NCBI GenBank assembly: GCA_964235795.1
Contig: CAXSBW010000007.1
Span: forward strand, 12,173 to 56,926
Length of the DNA stretch: 44,754 nucleotides
Reading direction: 5' to 3'
Source: an uncultured Acidobacteriaceae bacterium
GTDB taxonomy: Bacteria > Acidobacteriota > Terriglobia > Terriglobales > Acidobacteriaceae
Part shown: one piece after another, positions 8,848 to 16,612 of the stretch
Layout of the letters: the number at the start of each line of letters is the position of its first letter
Position numbering within the stretch: position 1 is the stretch's first letter
Translations under genes and position numbers: made by a program
Notes under the pieces: model-generated
The model's input: only the letters and a program-made list of their open reading frames with translations
Databases searched by the model: none
What the model was told of the DNA's origin: nothing

Positions 8848-9294
8848 ATGCCGCTTTCCCGTTGCGCTCTGCTTGCCCTCAGCGCCTTGCTCTCGGCTCC
8901 CACCCTTATCGGGCAACAGGCTGTTGGTTACAGCTACGGTGCCCAGCAACACCCTTATCATCACGACTCTTCGAGGTGGGAAGCACAGGGAGTGCTGCCC
9001 ACAACCGCAACCACGGTCACTGGAGCCTTTGGCGATGGCAACGCAAATGTCTATGTCTACGCTGCGACGTGCAGCACTAAGGGCACAGGGGCCGACACCA
9101 TCACGCTCACAGACAAATCGACTAGCTACGGCGGCGGCCCCTACTTCTTCATGAACGCCACACCGATTGCGGCCAACACTGTTTACGTGATCCCTTTTGG
9201 CGTTGGGCCAAACGATGGTCCAACCGCCACAGGCGGCCTAGTGTGGTTTTCGAGCAACGGCAACGTGAATTGCTCGGTGCGGGGGAGCTTTTGA
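8848..9294 (+). CDS. Small secreted beta-rich protein
   Basis: GAGGT SD. MPLSRCALLALSALLSAPTLIG|QQ. Cys pair in the mature region. Confidence 0.7.
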   Translation: MPLSRCALLALSALLSAPTLIGQQAVGYSYGAQQHPYHHDSSRWEAQGVLPTTATTVTGAFGDGNANVYVYAATCSTKGTGADTITLTDKSTSYGGGPYFFMNATPIAANTVYVIPFGVGPNDGPTATGGLVWFSSNGNVNCSVRGSF

Positions 9295-10400
9295 TGCGCG
9301 CGCTCATTCTTGCGGCTCTCGGGCTTCCCGTTGCGGCTTTCTCTCAAAGCGTGTTCCCGCCGGTAGCAAATGTGTCGGCCGCTGCACCGGCAAGTCCAAA
9401 CACTGTGGTCGCCGGTCCTGCTGCGGGTGCTGGCGCTGCTCCTGCCGCGCCGCGCGCCCTGGTTCCCGCCGACATCCCCGGGCTGCCGTACGCAAGCACC
9501 GCTTCAACAACAGCCCAGGCTTTTGCGGCCAGCATCACGGCTCCCAGTATCGGCACAAGTTCAGGAACGACTGGAGCAATGAATCTCAACTACGTGCCAG
9601 GGAACCCTGCTACCTCCCCAGGCACCAATGCTTTTCAGGTCAGCCCTTTGGTGCCCATCACCACCCCGTGGACACTCTCCCCGGCTCCTGCCCCTGGGAC
9701 GGGTGTCATGACGGCCGTGGGCTCTGCGGGATCGGCGCAGCAAGGGTTCACGCCAACGCTTGGGACCGATACGAACATTCCGACCGCCAGCAGTCTTGCC
9801 GGGGCTGCGGGAGCGCCGGCTTGCAACGACGCAAACGGCGGGTTGACCACGTTGGGCTGCGCGGCGGCCGCCGTGACTTACGCCGCAGTCGCGAACCAGT
9901 GGCTCACGGCCTACAGCGCCACTACTGGGCAGTTCACCTCCGCGCCTGTGGCAAGCACTCAACTTAGCGACACGGCAAATGTCGCGCGGCTCAACGCTAA
10001 CAATAACTTCACGGTAGCGCAAACCGCCCCAGCCTACATCGGCACCAACGGCTTTAGAGGCTACATTTACGGGGAAAATGACATCACCAGTTCGCCGAGC
10101 ATGTCGATTTCGCAGGGAACCTTCATCACGATCTACGTTAAGCTCCAGGCCGGTACAAACGTGGCGTTCGCCATGCCAACGTCTTCCAGCACGGGGCAGG
10201 TGCTCAATCTCTGCTGGGAGCAAAACGCTACCACGGCATCAACGGTAGTCCCTCCGAGCAACGTGCACGGGTTCTTCTCTGCAAGCGGAGGGGCGATAGG
10301 GACGACGCTCGGTAAGACGAACTGCCAAAGCTACATTTCATCCCTGGGCGCAACAAGCACCGGGTGGTACGCCACATCGGGAGGGAGTATCAATGAATAA
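9294..10400 (+). CDS. Secreted Ala/Thr/Pro-rich fibre-like protein
   Basis: TGATG coupling. MRALILAALGLPVAAFS|Q. Fibre-like ARLNANNNFT motif and a C-terminal beta domain with a Cys pair. Confidence 0.7.
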   Translation: MRALILAALGLPVAAFSQSVFPPVANVSAAAPASPNTVVAGPAAGAGAAPAAPRALVPADIPGLPYASTASTTAQAFAASITAPSIGTSSGTTGAMNLNYVPGNPATSPGTNAFQVSPLVPITTPWTLSPAPAPGTGVMTAVGSAGSAQQGFTPTLGTDTNIPTASSLAGAAGAPACNDANGGLTTLGCAAAAVTYAAVANQWLTAYSATTGQFTSAPVASTQLSDTANVARLNANNNFTVAQTAPAYIGTNGFRGYIYGENDITSSPSMSISQGTFITIYVKLQAGTNVAFAMPTSSSTGQVLNLCWEQNATTASTVVPPSNVHGFFSASGGAIGTTLGKTNCQSYISSLGATSTGWYATSGGSINE

Positions 10401-12708
10401 CAAGGCGCTGCCACTCCTTCTTGCCGCGCTGTGCGCCGTGCCCGTCGCGGCGCAGCAGTCCGGGAGCTCTTTCTTCGGCTCACTCACTCGCCCCGCCGCG
10501 AATGTCTTCACCCCGCCCGCTGCGAACGCTTGCCAGTCCACCTACGATCAGTTTTACTCGACAGAGCCCGGGGTCTACGACTATTGGGCGCTGTGCGAGC
10601 CCTCGGGGACGATCTACGACTACGTCGGCAACGCACAGTACACCACCAACTATGGCAGCGGCCCGATCACGCGCGGCGTCGCTTCGCCGGTTGCCGACGG
10701 CGAGTCCGCGATCAGCTACACGGGCGGCACCCTCGGGCTGTCGAATCAGTTTGTGGCGCTCAACAACAACGCCGGCACCATTGCAGCCTGGATGAACTCG
10801 GCTGTCACGGATGCCGGGGATGAGGTAGCCTTTCCCGTCACCACCGGCAACGGGCGCGTGGCGCTTGGGGTGGTAAACGGCGGCTTCCGTGCGCTGTTCA
10901 AGAATTCGGCCGGCACGAACGCAATCGTCAGCAAGAATGGCTACACCTCGGCGACGTGGCACCGGGTTGTCATGACGTGGAGCACGGGCACGCTCACTCT
11001 CTATGTGGACGGGGCCAGCGTGGGGGACACGCCGTACACCGGGGCGCTCGAAAACCAGGTCTCCTTTTTCCAGATGCTCTTTGCCGGGTACTCGCCCGGG
11101 CAGACGATCCAATTGGCCAAAGTGGGATTGGCAAATCAGGCCTGGAGTGCCGCGCAGGTAGCGACCGACTATGCTCCCACGCTTCCCGCACCACCGGCAG
11201 GTGGTTTGCAGGTGACTGCGCAGCAGCTCGGCACGGTGCATGGTGATGTGCTCGGGTTTGGCGATTCCACGATGGACCTTTCCAGCTCTGCCAGTATCTC
11301 GGCGCTACAAACCGGCCTCCGCGCTGCGGGTGTCCGCAATGTGCGCTATGGCGGCGGCACCGGCGGCGGTATTCAGGCGGACCTGACCGACTGGCACCCG
11401 ACCGCGACTGTTCAGTGCACCAACACCAGCGGCACGACCAAGGCCGCGGTCAATGTTCCGGCAGCCAACAATATTGACACTTTCGAAGCGAACGTCGTGC
11501 AGCCGCTCGGCCTTGATGTCACCTACACGGTGAACTACGGCACCAATGCGCCGACGTGTAACGGTCCTGGCGATCCGACGGCCAACGCCGCAAACTTGTT
11601 CACCTACCTCAACGTCACCAAGGGTTACAGCATCAAGCGTGCAGAGATTGGAAACGAGCTCTACGCGGCCGGCACGAGCGAGACGGACTTCCACGCGGGC
11701 GCTTACACGGGGTCCGGCAGCTCGGCGGTCGCCAGCGGCGCGACCTATGCTCAGTACGAGCCGGCCTTCTACAACGCGATCAAGGGTGTCGATTCCACGG
11801 TACAGGTGGCTGTCCCTTGGGCGGAGGGACTGTATAGCTGGAAACAGACGTGGTCGCTCGCCGGCGCTGGTGCCGGAGTGCTGTTCGATGCCGTGATTTT
11901 CCATGACTACCCGGTGGTGGACCCCATTACAGACGGCGCGACGTTGTACCCGGAGCGGATAGCGAGCAATTTGGTAAAGTCCGTCGGTCAGATCAAGTCA
12001 ATCCAAACCAGCCTGCTCAACTTCGGGAAAGACCCTTCGGCGATTTGGGTGACTGAATGGGACGAGGAAGTGGCCGGTAACAAGTGGAGCCACCAAACAC
12101 TTGGCCTGGCAAGCCCGATGTTCGCCGCAAACCAGATTGGCACCTACTGCGACGCGGGTATCCAGCAAGGCATCTGGTGGAATCAAGGCACGTCGAACTA
12201 CTGCAATCAATACAACTACGACTACCTCGGCGAGTCGGCGTATTCATGGCTCGGGCAGTGCGGCGGCACTCACCTCGTCTACACGGTGCCGGGGCAGGTC
12301 GGAGAGGTGGCGGTCGGCATGACGCCGGGCAGCCTAAGTCCGGTCGGCACGATTTTTGGGATGATCTCCGCCAGCGGCTACGTGACCGAGGGCGAGCACT
12401 CTCTGCAAGTGTTTCCCGACCTCGCCGGTGCGCCATGGCTTGCGGCACACGCGGCGACGCATGGCACGGGGACAGCCGTCATGCTTGTCAACCGGGACCG
12501 CGACGCGGCGCATGTGGTACCCATCAGCATCGCCGGCAAGGCGAGCGGGACAGGCATCACTACCTACGAGTACGGCAAGAGCCAGTACGATGCGAGCGCG
12601 TTCAAGTACTGGGGAGCCCCGTACCGCAAGAGCACACTGCCTGCATGGACCGGAAACGCGAGCATCGCTTTGCCGCCGTGGAGCGTGACCGTGGCTATTA
12701 TCAATTAA
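10393..12708 (+). CDS. Secreted LamG/ConA-lectin domain plus clan GH-A hydrolase (GH44/51/79-like)
   Basis: Signal peptide ...LCAVPVAA|QQ. LamG motif WHRVVMTW...LYVDG. RYGGG..AD..DW, EIGNELY, IWVTEWD, C-terminal LVNRD...LPPWSV. Confidence 0.75.
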   Translation: MNNKALPLLLAALCAVPVAAQQSGSSFFGSLTRPAANVFTPPAANACQSTYDQFYSTEPGVYDYWALCEPSGTIYDYVGNAQYTTNYGSGPITRGVASPVADGESAISYTGGTLGLSNQFVALNNNAGTIAAWMNSAVTDAGDEVAFPVTTGNGRVALGVVNGGFRALFKNSAGTNAIVSKNGYTSATWHRVVMTWSTGTLTLYVDGASVGDTPYTGALENQVSFFQMLFAGYSPGQTIQLAKVGLANQAWSAAQVATDYAPTLPAPPAGGLQVTAQQLGTVHGDVLGFGDSTMDLSSSASISALQTGLRAAGVRNVRYGGGTGGGIQADLTDWHPTATVQCTNTSGTTKAAVNVPAANNIDTFEANVVQPLGLDVTYTVNYGTNAPTCNGPGDPTANAANLFTYLNVTKGYSIKRAEIGNELYAAGTSETDFHAGAYTGSGSSAVASGATYAQYEPAFYNAIKGVDSTVQVAVPWAEGLYSWKQTWSLAGAGAGVLFDAVIFHDYPVVDPITDGATLYPERIASNLVKSVGQIKSIQTSLLNFGKDPSAIWVTEWDEEVAGNKWSHQTLGLASPMFAANQIGTYCDAGIQQGIWWNQGTSNYCNQYNYDYLGESAYSWLGQCGGTHLVYTVPGQVGEVAVGMTPGSLSPVGTIFGMISASGYVTEGEHSLQVFPDLAGAPWLAAHAATHGTGTAVMLVNRDRDAAHVVPISIAGKASGTGITTYEYGKSQYDASAFKYWGAPYRKSTLPAWTGNASIALPPWSVTVAIIN

Positions 12709-12866
12709 AGGAGCTCTCGATATGGATTCGTTTTGAGGCTTCAGTACCTCGGTGAGGCTATCGATCTCTCTGGCTTTAAAATCATGGAAATCTTACGCCC
12801 CTTGAAAGAGCAGGATGGGGTTGTAAGAGCCAAATAGTCGATCATCAACTAGCCCACAAACGCCGG

Positions 12867-12874
12867 AAATGGTA
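12867..12874 (+). promoter_or_regulatory. WAATGSTA copy 3
   Basis: AAATGGTAGTTT, then 7 nt, then ATG 12886. No SD. Confidence 0.6.
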
Positions 12875-12885
12875 GTTTCCGTGCG

Positions 12886-13620
12886 ATGACACAGGACAAG
12901 CAGCCCGCGCCGAAGAAAAGGAGCGCCACGCCGCGCCGCCGAGCGGAGAACCGCGTTGAGGACGACGCGGCTGTTACCCGGGAGGCGGTTGAGCTGCTTA
13001 TTGTTCAGGCGAGAGACGTAGAGCGCGACAAGCTGGAGCCGCGCCTGCGAAGTATTGAGGAGCGAGCGCAAAGCCTTGAGCACATGATGCGCAATGGGCT
13101 CGAATCCATCGGCGCTCGCATTGGCATGCTCGACGTGGATCAGCAGCGACGCCATACGGAAAATGTCGGCCATGCCGAACAGCAAGATGAGCGCATGAAG
13201 AGGATGGAAGGGTGCATCGCAGAGGCAGTTGACACTATCCGCGTGGTTGAGAGGCACACAATCAATTTTCGGCAAAAAGAGAAATCACTTGAGTGGCTGA
13301 CAAAGTGGTACACGTTCGGCAGCACCATGTCGGGCGGCGTCAAGACTGCCTCGACATGGATCACCGCTCCATGGTTGCATAATCTATTACTGGCCGCCAC
13401 CGCCATAGGCGGCATTGTGACGGCTGCCGAGGTGCGTTGGAACCGCACTCATCCCAATCCGCGCACCGCCATCACCAACCGCGTCATCGTGACACACGTC
13501 CCCGCCGACCCAATACCCATGCCGCCAGGATCGCAGCAGCAGCCGTATCAGCCCGCCTCCGTTCCCTCCCAGACCTCATCTCCCTCGCAATCACAGAAAA
13601 ACAAAATCGCCGGCAGATAG
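12886..13620 (+). CDS. Single-pass membrane coiled-coil protein in lysis cassette (holin/antiholin-like)
   Basis: Charged helical N-terminus, hydrophobic WLHNLLLAATAIGGIVTAA, Pro/Ser/Gln tail. Lies just upstream of the endolysin. Confidence 0.6.
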   Translation: MTQDKQPAPKKRSATPRRRAENRVEDDAAVTREAVELLIVQARDVERDKLEPRLRSIEERAQSLEHMMRNGLESIGARIGMLDVDQQRRHTENVGHAEQQDERMKRMEGCIAEAVDTIRVVERHTINFRQKEKSLEWLTKWYTFGSTMSGGVKTASTWITAPWLHNLLLAATAIGGIVTAAEVRWNRTHPNPRTAITNRVIVTHVPADPIPMPPGSQQQPYQPASVPSQTSSPSQSQKNKIAGR

Positions 13621-13629
13621 CCAAAGCGC

Positions 13630-13666
13630 TAATGCTATGGTGCGCTTCGTCCACTCAGGAGGAGCG
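13630..13666 (+). promoter_or_regulatory. WAATGSTA copy 4 with hairpin masking the endolysin SD
   Basis: TAATGCTA at 13630-13637. CGCTTCGTCC (13643-13652) pairs with GGAGGAGCG (13658-13666) with one bulge and one GU pair. Confidence 0.6.
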
Positions 13667-13672
13667 AGTCTC

Positions 13673-14167
13673 ATGCCGAATGCTGCAACTGCTCTTTCAC
13701 CTGCTGATCGCCAGACGATGCTGGAGCTGCTCGCCCGTGCCGCAAAAGAGGCCGGCCACATCTGGCCCGATTACGCCGCTTGCGAAGCAGTCTTGGAGTC
13801 AGCATGGCTTACCTCTGACCTCGCTCGCCACAGCAACAACCTGTTCGGGGCCAAGCAGCACCGTCACCCCGTCTACGACACGGTCGCGCTGCCAACCCGC
13901 GAATGTTTAAACGGAGAATGGGTCACGGAGCACGATAGCTTTGTGACGTACCCGGACTGGACGGCGTCGTTTCAGGACCGCATGGCCACACTGCGGCGGC
14001 TTTCGACCTTCTACCCGCATTACCAGCTCGCGGTCAGCGCAGTCTCCGGCGAGTCCTTCATCAAGAACGTGTCTCTTACCTGGTCGACTGATCCGCACCG
14101 CGCGGCCAACGTGCTCGCCATTTACCGCGCCCACTTCACGACGCCGCCGTCACCCGAGTATGCCTGA
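13673..14167 (+). CDS. Endolysin, GH73 glucosaminidase (FlgJ-like)
   Basis: AGGAGG SD. AVLESAW...NNLFGAK, T.E..NG..V, F.TYPDW.ASF.D, WSTDP. Confidence 0.85.
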   Translation: MPNAATALSPADRQTMLELLARAAKEAGHIWPDYAACEAVLESAWLTSDLARHSNNLFGAKQHRHPVYDTVALPTRECLNGEWVTEHDSFVTYPDWTASFQDRMATLRRLSTFYPHYQLAVSAVSGESFIKNVSLTWSTDPHRAANVLAIYRAHFTTPPSPEYA

Positions 14168-14439
14168 TGCTTCAGCGATTCGTCGTTGCCCTCAATGCGG
14201 TCAGCTCGCAGCCGTGGGCAATTCTGGTTCTGTTAATCGGCTGCGGCACTTATCTGGGCTCAAAGCATTTTGGGCTCGATACCTCCGTCCCCTCCGGCAT
14301 CGTGGGGGCGGCGATCAATATGTTGACCAACCACACGGCGACCAAGACGGATACCACTCAGACAGCGAGCGGGGAGCCGGTCACAGTGCAAACCACGGAG
14401 TCTCCTTCACCAACTTTTTCTATGCCGGACAGCAAATAG
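14167..14439 (+). CDS. Putative holin (two hydrophobic segments)
   Basis: TGATG coupling to the endolysin. WAILVLLIGCGTYLG and SGIVGAAINML segments, 90 aa. Confidence 0.6.
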   Translation: MLQRFVVALNAVSSQPWAILVLLIGCGTYLGSKHFGLDTSVPSGIVGAAINMLTNHTATKTDTTQTASGEPVTVQTTESPSPTFSMPDSK

Positions 14440-14486
14440 CTGATCCGGCTTCAACCTCCACCGCAAACGCCCAAGGAGGGCTCACT

Positions 14487-15071
14487 ATGGCAACCTCGCC
14501 GATCCCCGTTGTCCCCGTCACCGCCGAAGCGCAGCCGGTTGCTGCCGCCCCGGTCGTCGCGCCCGTAGCCGTTCAGGTCGCCACCCCGGACCCGGTCGCT
14601 GCCGCGCCTCAGCCGACGCAGACCCAGCACGAAAGTTTCATTCAGAAGCTCGGCGCTGTCTTTCACCACGATGTGGCCGTCGCTGAGAAGATCGGCGGCG
14701 AAGTGCTGAGTGTGCTTCAGCTCGCCGTGAAGGAGGCCGATAAGGGGATGACGGTCGCGGTGAAGTACCTGCCGGAAGCTGGCGCGCTGGCCACTGTACT
14801 GTTTCCTCAGGCGAAGGCGGTACAGGGCGGCATCGCCGCAGCTACCAGCGTGGTGGACTTACTCCAGAAAGGCGTAGTTGCCATGCAGGCTGGCTATGCC
14901 AAAATCCAGGGCGAGACCGGCGCTGCCAAGTCCGCGGACCTGACGACTTTGACGGAGAGCACGATTCTGCCGATCATCCAGTCGTTCGATCCGAAGTTCA
15001 ACGCCTCTCAGGTGCAAGCAAAAATTGACGCCATCGTGGCGATTCTCAAGGCGACCACCGTCACCACTTAA
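14487..15071 (+). CDS. Lysis-associated protein with LL-H-holin-like C-terminus
   Basis: AAGGAGG SD. GVVAMQ...TGAAK...QVQAKIDAIVAILK resembles the LL-H holin pattern. Confidence 0.5.
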   Translation: MATSPIPVVPVTAEAQPVAAAPVVAPVAVQVATPDPVAAAPQPTQTQHESFIQKLGAVFHHDVAVAEKIGGEVLSVLQLAVKEADKGMTVAVKYLPEAGALATVLFPQAKAVQGGIAAATSVVDLLQKGVVAMQAGYAKIQGETGAAKSADLTTLTESTILPIIQSFDPKFNASQVQAKIDAIVAILKATTVTT

Positions 15072-15084
15072 ACGAGTTTTATCC

Positions 15085-15115
15085 GGGGCCCTCCCTGAAA
15101 AGGGCCCTTCTTTTT
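15085..15115 (+). terminator. Rho-independent terminator after the lysis cassette
   Basis: GGGCCCT-8 nt-AGGGCCC followed by TTCTTTTT. Confidence 0.75.
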
Positions 15116-15137
15116 CCCAGTGATGGAGGACCAGAAC

Positions 15138-15776
15138 ATGATGGACATGAACAAAATTGGAGCCCTGCATCGGGCGGTCGGTGTACCGACAGGCAAACCC
15201 GTGCCGCCGGAGAAGGTGCAATCCGCTTTGCAGGGGCAGTATGGGCCCGAGGTCAAGGTACTGGCAGAAGAGTACCAGGCAGGTGTTCCCAGCATGGCCG
15301 AGACCCAGCCCCCGATGAAACGGGAGAGCCCTAAAGGGGAAAGCGTGCAGGCGCTTCTGCCGAAGCCTACGCAGCCGCAGGAAGCGCAAGTGACGAGAGC
15401 AACTGCGAATCCTCTGGCTGCCAGCCCAGAGTCCAAGCTGCCGAGCGTACCTCAGCGCGGCAGTGCGGCCAACCCGCCGATGCGCCTGAACCCGGCTCCG
15501 GGCAAACAGGGCAAACTGCCCCCAGGCGCTGGCATCCAGCCGCCCGCGCAGGACCACCATGCAAATGTTCCGAAGCTAGGAGCGGCGCGCATGTTCTCCG
15601 CGCCCAGGCCCGGCCCCGGCTCGCTCGCGCCAGGCAGTGGTCAGAATATCCCCGGCAGCCCAAACGCTCCTGGAGCGAGGTCGCAGAATCCCTCCATTAA
15701 GCGTCTTCTGTCCACAGAGGAAGACGAGGAAAACGACAAAATCGGCGCACGCCGCATGTTTGGAAAGAGGAGGTAG
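15138..15776 (+). CDS. Pro/Gln-rich disordered protein
   Basis: GGAGGA 7 nt before ATG 15138. Repeated K[IL]GA.RMF motif. Confidence 0.6.
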   Translation: MMDMNKIGALHRAVGVPTGKPVPPEKVQSALQGQYGPEVKVLAEEYQAGVPSMAETQPPMKRESPKGESVQALLPKPTQPQEAQVTRATANPLAASPESKLPSVPQRGSAANPPMRLNPAPGKQGKLPPGAGIQPPAQDHHANVPKLGAARMFSAPRPGPGSLAPGSGQNIPGSPNAPGARSQNPSIKRLLSTEEDEENDKIGARRMFGKRR

Positions 15777-15779
15777 TCT

Positions 15780-16115
15780 ATGCCGGCACACCGCGTGATC
15801 ACCATTCCCGCCGGGAGTTACGTTTCGATTCCGGCCAGCATCTTCGCCCGTCGCATGGTCATTACTGAAGACGGTGCCGGCACGGGCTCTGGTCTATTCG
15901 CCAAGTTCCCCGACGACAAATTCACCGCCATCTTTTCGTATCCGGCTGCCCAGCAGCCTCTTGTAATCGGCGATGCCGTTGCCGTCGGGGACGCGCGCGG
16001 CACTATCCTTGGCTGGCCTGCGCAACAGGGCTTTAACGCTCGTCCGGCAGATGCGATCGTTGAACTCTCGTCTGCCGGAGCGGCCACCACGGTGCGCGTA
16101 GAGGAGTACGAATAA
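15780..16115 (+). CDS. Small beta-rich putative virion protein
   Basis: GAGGAGG SD, 111 aa, located just before the head genes. Confidence 0.65.
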   Translation: MPAHRVITIPAGSYVSIPASIFARRMVITEDGAGTGSGLFAKFPDDKFTAIFSYPAAQQPLVIGDAVAVGDARGTILGWPAQQGFNARPADAIVELSSAGAATTVRVEEYE

Positions 16116-16117
16116 CG

Positions 16118-16606
16118 ATGCGCTGGCCTTGGATCACCCGTGCGCACCACGAAGACGTTATGGCTTTTTTGCACGACAAGAACTTTGTTTTGACCTCAGC
16201 CCTGGTCATTGCCGAAGCGAGGGCGGATGCAAGTGAAAAAGAAAGACGCGAACTTACGCAAGCGCTTCTCCAGGCATCGCGCGATAAGACGCCGGTCAAG
16301 GCAAGCAGCCCAAAGATAGAGTCCGCGCCAAAACGCGACTTCGCGACTATGGATCCGGATGATGGCGAGGCCCTGGTACGGATTGCGATTAAAGAAGGCG
16401 GCCCTCCGCATAGCGCTTCTGACCTCTCCAGACGAGTCGACCACCTTCGACGGCAGATTGTAGCCTTGCGGAACCGGGTGCCGCGCGTAGCCATCGTGCA
16501 GGAGCCCCCAGCGGATGAGCAAGAAGCCGGACAACGTCGCGTGAACGAAGCCATTCGCCAAGCTGTAGACCAAGCCGACAAAGAAGCGCGTAAGCGCGGA
16601 GTGTAG
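16118..16606 (+). CDS. Hypothetical protein upstream of portal
   Basis: Tightly packed between neighbours, helical and charged. Confidence 0.6.
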   Translation: MRWPWITRAHHEDVMAFLHDKNFVLTSALVIAEARADASEKERRELTQALLQASRDKTPVKASSPKIESAPKRDFATMDPDDGEALVRIAIKEGGPPHSASDLSRRVDHLRRQIVALRNRVPRVAIVQEPPADEQEAGQRRVNEAIRQAVDQADKEARKRGV

Positions 16607-16612
16607 CAGCCT

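Noticed and set aside
14160-14486. 5' extension of ORF 14160-15071
   Set aside because: Shadow of the holin gene. A strong AAGGAGG supports ATG 14487.
15093-15105. CCCTGAAAAGGG resembling lambda nut boxB (a CCCTGAAA also occurs in the 42.2 kb hairpin)
   Set aside because: No boxA and no N-like gene seen. It is part of a terminator and explained as a common GNRA-type loop.
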